From positions 39,484-103,483 of the forward strand of contig JAQVLT010000001.1 of the NCBI GenBank assembly GCA_028704015.1: a stretch of DNA of 64,000 nt. Reading direction: 5' to 3'. The notes under the pieces are model-generated. The model worked only from the letters and a program-made list of their open reading frames with translations. It had not been told where the DNA came from and did not search any database. Both the position numbers and the translations under genes were made by a program. Positions 19,115 through 27,387 of this stretch are shown one piece after another. This stretch comes from Patescibacteria group bacterium (GTDB taxonomy: Bacteria > Patescibacteriota > Patescibacteriia > Patescibacteriales > JAQVLT01). Position 1 is the first letter of the stretch; each line of letters starts with the position of its first letter.

Positions 19115-19222
19115 AAGCAATTTCTGATTTACGATTTTAGATTTTCGATTTACAACTATATTATATTATTGGCTTCATCCAGAACCAAATCTTAAATCAA
19201 AAATCTTAAATCTAAAATTATT
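19115..19222. repeat. spacer copy 2 (homologous to 18919-19029)
   Basis: See copy 1; roughly 85% identical by eye outside a ~15-nt variable core. Confidence 0.8.
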
Positions 19223-19610
19223 TGGTGGAGATGGCGGGAGTTGAACCCGCGTCTAATAAGTGCCTAAATCTAATTTTACAAGCTTAAACTGGTTTAAAAT
19301 TTAACTAAATTTATCAAAGCCAGGCAAAAGTAAATCTAGCGATCCTTTATTGCTTTCAATTCGCTGTCAAAGGCGGACCGCGAATCTATCCTTATGGTTG
19401 ACACCCGGATCCGGTTATAAGGAGTCTCCGGTCGGATGGTTGCGGCTATTAAGCGGCAACTGGCGCAAAGGCTGGCATGCTAAAAGCAAGCTTTACTTTG
19501 CTAACTAAGTTTTTTGCACTTAGAATTTTGCAAGCTACAGTTTACGTGACAGCTTGCCCGCACGGCCTGAATAAATGTAAGCGATCTTATTATCGATGCC
19601 TAGCATCCCC
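19223..19610 (-). ncRNA. ssrA: tmRNA (ssrA)
   Basis: 5' GGGGATGCTAGGCATCGA and 3' GCGGGTTCAACTCCCGCCATCTCCACCA. Internal reading frame ends ..PVAA-TAA-TAG. smpB is adjacent. Confidence 0.9.
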
Positions 19611-19711
19611 AATTTTAGGATTGTTAAGATCCTTGGGATTATTAGGATATTTAGGAAAAATAAAAAGATCATAAAAAATCTTAATTATCTTAAAAATCCT
19701 AAAAATCTTAA

Positions 19712-20176
19712 TTATCTTATTCTCTTTGTCAAAGTTCTCATTTGCCTTTCTGTATCCCTTTTTTTAATTACTTCGCGCTTGTCATATTTTTTTCTGCCTT
19801 TGGCAATCGCGAATTCCAACTTCACTAAACTACGCTTAGTATATAATTTTAACGGCACTAATGTCAACCCCTGTTCCTGCTTTTTTCCGACCAAATATTC
19901 CAATTCTTTTTTCTTTAATAATAATTTCCTCGCCCGATAAGGATCATAATTTTTCAGATTACTGGCAAATTTATATGGCGGAATATGCGCGTTAATCAAA
20001 TATAACTCAGGCAATTTATTTTTTCCGGCTTTTGCCACTACAAAACTGCCTTTCAAGCTCACATGCCCGGTTTTAACCGACTTGACTTCCTGACCTAATA
20101 AAACTATTCCGGCTTCATAATTCGCCAGAACTTCATAATCAAAATTTGCTCGTTTGTTCACTGCTAAAATTGGCAT
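19712..20176 (-). CDS. smpB: SsrA-binding protein SmpB
   Basis: NKRANFDYEV...GIVLLGQEVKS...LLLKKKE. Confidence 0.95.
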   Translation of the reverse strand: MPILAVNKRANFDYEVLANYEAGIVLLGQEVKSVKTGHVSLKGSFVVAKAGKNKLPELYLINAHIPPYKFASNLKNYDPYRARKLLLKKKELEYLVGKKQEQGLTLVPLKLYTKRSLVKLEFAIAKGRKKYDKREVIKKRDTERQMRTLTKRIR

Positions 20177-20206
20177 TATCTAAAAACATTTACTAAAATT
20201 TTAAAT

Positions 20207-21493
20207 CTACTTTGTAATATTAAATTCCCTCAATTTCTCCACCACTTTCCGATTCGCCATAATATTTTGTAAGTGACGACGATAGTCTAACTCTTTAACT
20301 CGTTCGGCGACTTTTTCGTAACCTTGATATTGTTTGAGAATTTCTTCAATTTTTTCATATACTTCTTTTTCACTTACTTCTATTTTTTCTACATGTGCAA
20401 TTTCACGAATCATAAGAGCGCTCTTAACACGTTTGAGGGCATCGGGAAGCAAATCTAACGTTAACTGATCGTAGGTTTTTTTGACGCTCATTAAATAATC
20501 TTCAAACTTTCCTCCCTGGCTCTCTATCGTGCGCTTCAATTCTTCAATCATTCCTTCTGTCTCGCTTTGCACCAGTAATTCTGGTATATCGCCGAATTTA
20601 GTTTTTTCCAAGATCATATCAAGCATTTTAATTTCGGCTTTTTCTTCGGTTTGATGTTTCTTTTCGTGCTCAAGTTCTTTTTTGATGTCGCCGCGCATGC
20701 CGGCTAAACTTTTGGCGCCAAAACTTTTGGCGAAATCGTCATTTAACTCCGGCAATTCGCGAGCGTATATTTCATTAATTTTTACAACAAATTCCACCAT
20801 TTTTCCGGCTAAATTCTTTTGGTAATGCTCTTTGGGATAGGGCAGGCCAAATTCAACTTTTTCTCCCTTTTTCGCGCCTATCAATTTTTTATCAAACCCC
20901 GGCACGAAATAATCTTTACCGATAATTACTGCCACGCCCTTGCCTTGTCCGCCTTCCACCGGCACTTTGTCCAAAAACATCTCAATATCAACCAAAACTT
21001 TATCGCTATCTTTTATCTCCCGATCAACTAACGCCTCTTTGACCCGCGATTCGCGCAAATTGGTAAACATTTTTTCTATTTCCTTATCCTTGATTTCTAC
21101 TGCATCTTCTTTCACTTTGGCATCTTTATAATCACCAAGTTTTACTTCAGGCAAAATTGAAATAGTAATTTTGTAGGCTACCGGATTGCCCGGCGCAAGT
21201 TTCAAAATATCAATTTGCGGCTGACCGATTGGAGATGCGCCTAAATTTTTGTCAATCGCTTCCCAAATTGTACCATTAATTGCCAAGCGCGCCGCCTCTT
21301 CTAGAATAGTCATCTCGCCGACTTTTTGTTTAACCAACTCAAAAGGCGCTTTGCCCGGACGAAAACCTTCAATTTTGATTTCCTCAGAAAGCTTTTTTGC
21401 GCTCTTTTCAATATATGGATTAAATTCTTCCAAACTTAATTCCACGTTCAATTCAACCACTGATTTCCCTAATTCTTTTTTTGTAACATTCAT
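20207..21493 (-). CDS. tig: trigger factor
   Basis: 428 aa; GFRPGKAP motif and PPIase-like middle region. Confidence 0.9.
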   Translation of the reverse strand: MNVTKKELGKSVVELNVELSLEEFNPYIEKSAKKLSEEIKIEGFRPGKAPFELVKQKVGEMTILEEAARLAINGTIWEAIDKNLGASPIGQPQIDILKLAPGNPVAYKITISILPEVKLGDYKDAKVKEDAVEIKDKEIEKMFTNLRESRVKEALVDREIKDSDKVLVDIEMFLDKVPVEGGQGKGVAVIIGKDYFVPGFDKKLIGAKKGEKVEFGLPYPKEHYQKNLAGKMVEFVVKINEIYARELPELNDDFAKSFGAKSLAGMRGDIKKELEHEKKHQTEEKAEIKMLDMILEKTKFGDIPELLVQSETEGMIEELKRTIESQGGKFEDYLMSVKKTYDQLTLDLLPDALKRVKSALMIREIAHVEKIEVSEKEVYEKIEEILKQYQGYEKVAERVKELDYRRHLQNIMANRKVVEKLREFNITK

Positions 21494-21510
21494 AAAAGAT
21501 AGCAGACGGC

Positions 21511-21554
21511 AGATAACAGATAGCAGAAGTTATATTTTCTGCTATCTGTTATCT
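21511..21554. repeat. perfect 18-bp-stem hairpin built from spacer-specific words
   Basis: agataacagatagcagaa-gttatatt-ttctgctatctgttatct. Confidence 0.85.
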
Positions 21555-21640
21555 ATTATCTTGTAATATTTAATCAAATAATTAGTAAAAATTGGCGCGA
21601 AGAATTCGGCATGAATTACTGCCGCGCCATAACCAAGCGG

Positions 21641-21841
21641 TTATTCGGTGATACAACCGCGTGGCACAGAAAAATCTCCCCCTTCGGGAGTACGTATTCG
21701 AAGATTGCCGCTGGCCTCCCAACGGACAATTTCCCCGCAACGATCTACTCCGTCAGGCAGACGGAATGAGATTTCTGCGCCAGTCTTAATAACGATGCCC
21801 GCATGGCCAGTTGCTTGCGCTACTCCTCCTAATGTTTTCAT
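21641..21841 (-). CDS. small hypothetical protein (GC-rich ORFan cassette)
   Basis: ATG at 21841 preceded by GGAAGGGGG. 66 aa; hairpin ggcgcg..cgcgcc downstream. Confidence 0.4.
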   Translation of the reverse strand: MKTLGGVAQATGHAGIVIKTGAEISFRLPDGVDRCGEIVRWEASGNLRIRTPEGGDFSVPRGCITE

Positions 21842-22038
21842 TTTGCCCCCTTCCTCGCTCAAGTGATCATGGCGGTCGATCCCTTGTTCCCCCTAAAAAC
21901 TTAATGAATCTCCTTTTGCCAACCGTACACTAGCAAGTCAGCCGCGCTTGGCAAATATAGTACAAACATGACTAACTTTCCAATTTTTGGTGTCATTTGA
22001 CCAATTTTTTTTTAAATGTTGACGCGAAATTATTTTTA

Positions 22039-22971
22039 TTATTTATCAAAAACTTCACTAAATTTTGGCAATACTTGCTTCTTGCGGGAAATTATTCCCG
22101 GAATATAAACCTTGCCATTTTCCAATTTTGCGCCCAGCGCTTCCTCCATTTTTTCCAAGTCATCAATGGCGACAAAAAATTTTGAACCTTCCTGAATGAT
22201 ATCGGTTATAAAAAGTATTACGCCTTGATAGCCTTCTTTATTTTTTAAATCAACGAGAGCTTTCATTAATTCATCTTCGCGCGCGCCAAAATCATTAAGA
22301 TCAACGGTTTCCACTTGGCCGATGCCGACTTTTCCGGATTTATAATTGAAATCCTTAAAATCAGATTTAATGATTTGCTCGGCGGTAAGTTCACTGACGC
22401 TGGCGCGGACTTTAAAAATTTCCATGCCAAAGTTTTTCCAATCATCAATTTCGGCAATTCGCGACAACTCCTCAATTATTGTTTTGTCAATTTCTGTGCA
22501 AGTGGGAGATTTGGTAATTACCGTGTCAACTAAAACTGCAGATAGCATCAGGCCGGCTAAATTTTTATCAAACGCGATATTATTTTTTTTAAATTCATTA
22601 AAAATAATTGAACAGCTGGCACCCCATGGTTCAATCAAAACTTTAATCGGTTCGGCGTATTTGAAATCAACTTTATGATGATCAATGATTTCTAAAATTT
22701 TTGCCTCCGCAATGCCATCGGACGATTGGATTGCTTCATTGTGGTCAACTAAAATTAAGTTTTCGCTCGCGGCGTTGGCTAAAATTTCCGGCGCATTAAA
22801 TCCGAATTTTTCCAAAGCATATTTGGTTTCACGATTAATTTCACCAGCCACGCGCGGCGCGTATTTGCTAGTATTTTCTAATTTATTTTTTAAATCAGCA
22901 TAAGCGATCGCCGCCGCCACGCTATCCAAGTCCGGAGACTTGTGACCGATGATAAAAATACTTTGGCTCAT
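22039..22971 (-). CDS. ppaC: manganese-dependent inorganic pyrophosphatase (family II, DHH/DHHA2)
   Basis: GHKSPDLDSVAAAIAYA, LVDHNE, IIDHHK. Confidence 0.85.
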   Translation of the reverse strand: MSQSIFIIGHKSPDLDSVAAAIAYADLKNKLENTSKYAPRVAGEINRETKYALEKFGFNAPEILANAASENLILVDHNEAIQSSDGIAEAKILEIIDHHKVDFKYAEPIKVLIEPWGASCSIIFNEFKKNNIAFDKNLAGLMLSAVLVDTVITKSPTCTEIDKTIIEELSRIAEIDDWKNFGMEIFKVRASVSELTAEQIIKSDFKDFNYKSGKVGIGQVETVDLNDFGAREDELMKALVDLKNKEGYQGVILFITDIIQEGSKFFVAIDDLEKMEEALGAKLENGKVYIPGIISRKKQVLPKFSEVFDK

Positions 22972-23123
22972 ATTATTTAGCTTTAATCCACCTGCTCCGC
23001 CTACCGGACAGGCAGGCGGCAGGTAGGAATTTATGATTTAACTAATTTTACTAACTTAACCAATTCTGATTACCAATTACTAGTATCCTAAACATCTTAA
23101 AGATCCTAAAAATCATCAAAATC

Positions 23124-24470
23124 CTATTCTTCAGCTTCTTCCTTCTTGCTCTTCGCCTTTTTTGTCTTCTTTTCCTTCTTAACTTTAACGTCTTTTTCTT
23201 TTGTTTCGCCTTCTTCCTTAGCTTCTTTAACAGTTTCTGTCTCAGTAATTTCTTCTTCTGAACCTTCTGCCTTCTTCACGGAACCGCCTTCAATAATATC
23301 AATCTTCCAGCCGGTCAAACGAGCGGCCAGGCGAGCATTTTGACCGCCCTTGCCGATTGCCAAAGATAATTGATCAACAACCACTTTTACCGTCGCTCTT
23401 CTTTCTTCTTCATTAGCATCAATACCAACTACTTTGGCAGGCGCCAGGGCGTTGGTTATAAATTTTGCCGGATCTTCATCATATAAAATAATATCAACTT
23501 TTTCTCCGCCTAACTCGCTAATAATAGTTTGGATGCGCGCTCCGCGTTGGCCGACACAAGAACCTATCGGATCCACGTTTTCCGAGTCAGTCCAAACAGC
23601 TACTTTGGATCGTGAACCGGCTTCACGCGCGACAGCCTTAAGTTCTACCAAGCCGTTGGCGATTTCCGGAATTTCCAAATAAAAAATCTTTTTTAATATT
23701 TCATCCGACGTTCGGGATAAAATAATTTCCGGGCCCTTTGAACCAAAACGCACTTCTTTAATATAAACTTTTATACGATCGCCTTGATTATATTTTTCTC
23801 CATAAATTTGCTCTTCCGGAGGCAAGATACCGGCTGTTTTACCCAAGTCAATCAATATTACCCGACCTTCACGTCTTTGTATCACGCCGCTTACCACTTC
23901 ACCTTCTTTGTCTTTAAAATCGCTAAAAATATTTTCACGTTCCGCTTCGCGCAGACGCTGAATAATAACCTGCTTGGCAGTTTGCGCCGCCATACGGCCA
24001 TATTCTGCCGGTATAGGTAATTCTGTTTTTATTTCGTCGCCTACCTTATATTTTCCAATCAAAACCGCATCTTTTATCTGAATTTCAGTTCTCGGATTAA
24101 ATCGACGCACCTCTTCTTCGGACGCTTCATCGCCGGCAATATAAGCCACGATTGGCTCTTCTTGATTTTTACCTTTTTCATTTTTACTTTCTACTTTTTT
24201 TCCCAAATCTTTTTTAGCTTTATTTTTTTCTTCGGGAACAATCTCGTCCTCCATAATCTCCTCCGGCATATCCTCTGTCACCGTTTTAATATCAAAAACG
24301 TGAGACGTTCCTGTGTCGGGATTGAATTCTACTTTTATATTTTGATTTCTTTCGCCAAAATCTTTGCGATAAGCCGCCGCCAAAGCCGATTCAATAGTGG
24401 CAATAACGGCTTCATAGCTCAAACTTTTTTCCTCACAAATTTGTTTTATAGCGTTTGTTAATTCAGACAT
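23124..24470 (-). CDS. nusA: transcription termination/antitermination factor NusA
   Basis: S1 and two KH regions (GSCVGQRGARIQ, AIGKGGQNARLAARLTGWKIDI). Has an acidic insert and a Lys/Glu-rich tail. Confidence 0.9.
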   Translation of the reverse strand: MSELTNAIKQICEEKSLSYEAVIATIESALAAAYRKDFGERNQNIKVEFNPDTGTSHVFDIKTVTEDMPEEIMEDEIVPEEKNKAKKDLGKKVESKNEKGKNQEEPIVAYIAGDEASEEEVRRFNPRTEIQIKDAVLIGKYKVGDEIKTELPIPAEYGRMAAQTAKQVIIQRLREAERENIFSDFKDKEGEVVSGVIQRREGRVILIDLGKTAGILPPEEQIYGEKYNQGDRIKVYIKEVRFGSKGPEIILSRTSDEILKKIFYLEIPEIANGLVELKAVAREAGSRSKVAVWTDSENVDPIGSCVGQRGARIQTIISELGGEKVDIILYDEDPAKFITNALAPAKVVGIDANEEERRATVKVVVDQLSLAIGKGGQNARLAARLTGWKIDIIEGGSVKKAEGSEEEITETETVKEAKEEGETKEKDVKVKKEKKTKKAKSKKEEAEE

Positions 24471-24649
24471 AAATTTAAAAAATAAATAATTTAAAAATCT
24501 AAAAATTAATTAATTTATATTTTATTAGATTCGTAGATTTAAAAAAGGCTAATTGTATTAAACAACTAGCCTTATATCTATATAATAGCATAAAAGAAAA
24601 ACCGTGTCAAACAACCATAAAAAGAGGGAAAACCACCGAACTAACTAAA

Positions 24650-25336
24650 TTATTTTTTCACCACTATCATTACTTTTTTCTCGCCTTTTATTGGCGCATG
24701 ATCGCCGGTAGAATAATCGCGAATGGCTTTGAATAATACTTTCTCTTTGTACCTATATTTTTCTCCCCTTCTCGTGCCAGCATCATTTGTAATAAATTCC
24801 TTAGTTTTGTAATCATAGCCGCGAATCAAAACATTATGCCGATCAGGGCCAGGCGCGGTAAAATTCGAATTGCCGAGCTTGCGGCCATTAGCCGGAATAA
24901 TGACCACATTGCCAGCTTCTAATTCTTTGATAATATCTTCCAGCTTAATATCATAAACCACTTCTACATTTTCAAATTTAAAGTAATCATTAAAAATCCG
25001 CTCCACGGTAGTTGAGGCAGAAGTATCCACATAACTACCATATTTTTTCTTTTCATAATCGGCAATGGCAAGAATTTCTTTCTTGGCAATTTCTTTGGTC
25101 AGCTTCTTGCCACGCGCCCAATACACTGCCATTAACGCCGACGCTTCTTCGCACCCATCCTGCTGGCGCTTGTCTTTCCATTCCCCGTACGGCGCCTGGC
25201 TCGTGAACGGAACATTTAATAAAATTGTCTTTTTTACGCTTACAGTTTTTTCCGCCGCCAAAACAAACACGCCAAAGATGAATTGCATGGAAATTAAAAA
25301 TATTACGATAAATATTTTTTGATATTTGTTAAACAT
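24650..25336 (-). CDS. C39-like cysteine peptidase domain protein, secreted
   Basis: Signal/TM segment then LNVPFTSQAPYGEW...DGCEEASALM. ATG at 25336 preferred over the TTG at 25351. Confidence 0.5.
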   Translation of the reverse strand: MFNKYQKIFIVIFLISMQFIFGVFVLAAEKTVSVKKTILLNVPFTSQAPYGEWKDKRQQDGCEEASALMAVYWARGKKLTKEIAKKEILAIADYEKKKYGSYVDTSASTTVERIFNDYFKFENVEVVYDIKLEDIIKELEAGNVVIIPANGRKLGNSNFTAPGPDRHNVLIRGYDYKTKEFITNDAGTRRGEKYRYKEKVLFKAIRDYSTGDHAPIKGEKKVMIVVKK

Positions 25337-25411
25337 TATTATAATTTTCAATTATTAATTTTTAATTTTCAAACAATTTTCAATTTTAAAATATTTAAAA
25401 TTACTATAAAT

Positions 25412-25632
25412 CACCTGGGGTCTGGGGCAAGCCGCCCGCCTTCGTTTCACTACGGACGGGTAAACTGAGCTTGATAGCGCTTGCCCACCGAAGCCGAAGG
25501 CGCAGGCGGGAATCGGCTGCCCCAGGACTTTTGCTTCTGGCGCCTGCCCGCCTCTGGCGAGGTCATAAAAGAAGGCTCCCGGCAGGGAAATCTTTAAAAG
25601 AAGCGCGAACCATCTTCGCGCTTCTTTTTTTG
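25412..25632. repeat. GC-rich noncoding element, copy A (homologous to 51861-52054); candidate structured RNA
   Basis: Shared blocks cacc.ggggt.tgggg, gtgatagcgc, gcttctggcgcctg.ccgcct.tggcg and aagaaggctcccggcaggg. Ends in hairpin gaagcgcgaa/ttcgcgcttc plus a T7 run. Confidence 0.6.
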
Positions 25633-25640
25633 TTTTTCCT

Positions 25641-25847
25641 CTATCTCCTTGCCAATCTCATTGACACTACGGCTAAATAAATGCCCGAGATGCCAACCAA
25701 AGTGTAAATGATGCGCGCTAGAACCGTCATATTGCCGAAAATTGCGGCCACGAGGTCAAAACTAAATATTCCAACCAGAGCCCAATTTAGAGCTCCAATT
25801 ATTACCAAAATTAGAGCTACCCAATCTAATTTAGTTAAATTGTTCAT
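25641..25847 (-). CDS. DUF378-family small membrane protein
   Basis: LDWVALILVIIGALNWALVG. Confidence 0.65.
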   Translation of the reverse strand: MNNLTKLDWVALILVIIGALNWALVGIFSFDLVAAIFGNMTVLARIIYTLVGISGIYLAVVSMRLARR

Positions 25848-26057
25848 AAAATTTTTGTTTAAATTTTATTAAAAACTTTTAATCTGTTTTTATTATACCA
25901 CAAATTCAACTTTTTATTAATTTTACTGGTTTTTTTATTTTCAATAATCTGTTATAATAAAACTAATTATAATTAATGCACTCTACTCTACAAACATGAA
26001 CAAATCTACAAATCATTTGTAGATTTGGATAACATTCGTAGTTTTGAGTGATTGCAT

Positions 26058-26993
26058 ATGAAAATCAACATCCCCCTAACAGTTCCAAAAAATAAAGAAA
26101 AAGAGTACACAAAAAATATGGAAACCGCTACTCGCGGTACTGGCAGATTAATGATGTTCGCCGGCGACCAGAAAGTGGAGCACCTGAATAATGACTTCGT
26201 TGGCAAAGGCATACCGGCCGAAGCTGCTGACCCAGAGCATTATTTTCGCATTGCAAACCAAACGCATATTGGCGTCTTCGCCACCCAACTCGGACTGCTG
26301 GCCAAATACGGCCGCGATTACCAAAATATTCCATATTTAATAAAGATGAATTCCAAGACCAACCTCATGAAAGAAAAATACAAAGATCCGTATTCCAACC
26401 GCTGGACTGCCATGGAAGATATTATTAATTTCAAAAAAGAAACCGGCCTGAATATTATCGGCGTTGGCTATACCATCTACATCGGCAGTTGGTATGAATC
26501 GGAAATGTTTGGCCAAGCGGCGCGTATAATTTACAAAGCGCACCAACATGGTTTAATCGCTGTTATCTGGATTTATTCGCGCGGAAAAGCTGTGGCCGAT
26601 AAATATGAAAACGATATTCACATGATTGCCGGCGGCGCCGGTGTTACACTTTGTCTGGGCGCTGATTTTGCCAAAGTTAATTATCCTTACAACACCAAAA
26701 ACTGCAAAAAAACTGCTGAGGATTATAGAGAAGTAGTAAATGCCGCGGGGCGCACGGGAATAATTTGTATTGGCGGCTCGAAAAAAAATGAAAAAGAATT
26801 TCTAAAATGCCTTCACGATCAAATCCATATTTCCGGTACGCGCGGCAACGCCGTTGGTCGTAATATTTACCAGCGCCCATTAGACGAAGCTGTTCGCATG
26901 GCCAATGCCATTTCTGCCATTTCACTTTATGACTATTCCCCCGAAGATGCTTATGATATTTTTCTGGGAAAAAAAGTTTTAAGCGTTAAATAA
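26058..26993 (+). CDS. class I fructose-bisphosphate aldolase, DhnA/FbaB (archaeal-type) family
   Basis: GTGRLMMFAGDQKVEH and GADFAKVNYP (Schiff-base Lys context). ATG at 26058. Confidence 0.6.
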   Translation: MKINIPLTVPKNKEKEYTKNMETATRGTGRLMMFAGDQKVEHLNNDFVGKGIPAEAADPEHYFRIANQTHIGVFATQLGLLAKYGRDYQNIPYLIKMNSKTNLMKEKYKDPYSNRWTAMEDIINFKKETGLNIIGVGYTIYIGSWYESEMFGQAARIIYKAHQHGLIAVIWIYSRGKAVADKYENDIHMIAGGAGVTLCLGADFAKVNYPYNTKNCKKTAEDYREVVNAAGRTGIICIGGSKKNEKEFLKCLHDQIHISGTRGNAVGRNIYQRPLDEAVRMANAISAISLYDYSPEDAYDIFLGKKVLSVK

Positions 26994-27001
26994 ACTAAAA
27001 T

Positions 27002-27116
27002 TCTACGAATTACGAATTCTCTACGAATTTACGAATTATATCTACGAAGTATCTTCCCCTAAATAAACTTTATTTTCTATATTCGTAAATTCGTAACGTA
27101 TTCGTAATTCGTAGAG
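27002..27116. repeat. long imperfect inverted repeat of acgaatt words
   Basis: ctacgaattacgaattctctacgaatttacgaatt ... attcgtaaattcgtaacgtattcgtaattcgtagag. Confidence 0.8.
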
Positions 27117-27124
27117 ATAAATAT

Positions 27125-27301
27125 ATGATCAAAGTAGACCAAAAAAAATGCGTGGGGTGCGGCCGCTGTACGGAAATCTGCCCGGGAACTTTCAAGTTAA
27201 ACGCTAGCGGCAAGTCAGAAGTAGTTGAGCAAAAAAACACGGATTGCGCCATGAAGGCAGCGGACAATTGCCCGGTTGAGGCAATCCATGTTGACGAATA
27301 A
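27125..27301 (+). CDS. small 4Fe-4S ferredoxin (58 aa; absent from the ORF track)
   Basis: MIKVDQKKCVGCGRCTEICPGTFKL...DCAMKAADNCPVEAIHVDE with CxxCxxC...CP clusters. It replaces the antisense track ORF 27070-27357. Confidence 0.75.
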   Translation: MIKVDQKKCVGCGRCTEICPGTFKLNASGKSEVVEQKNTDCAMKAADNCPVEAIHVDE

Positions 27302-27387
27302 ATTATTAAATTAATAAAAAATAGCCGGCCATTTATGACCGAGCTATATTTGCGCAAGCCCCAATATTGGGGCTTTATTATTAAAAA

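Noticed and set aside
18919-19222. Word repeats and duplicated spacers as a possible CRISPR array
   Set aside because: There is no series of equal-length repeats separated by unique spacers of similar length. The repeats are degenerate words, no cas genes are in the window, and tRNA/tmRNA genes sit between the copies.
19477-19940. Track ORFs 19477-19674 and 19596-19940 (plus strand)
   Set aside because: They overlap the tmRNA gene, a word-repeat spacer and the antisense of smpB. None of this supports coding.
25471-25680. 69-aa Arg-rich ORF through GC-rich element A (and 51872-52093 through element B)
   Set aside because: The two homologous DNA elements share no common reading frame. The ORFs are explained by locally high GC. 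I treat the regions as noncoding.
27070-27357. 95-aa minus-strand track ORF
   Set aside because: It overlaps, in antisense, a 58-aa plus-strand ORF with clear ferredoxin cysteine motifs. The minus-strand translation has no features.
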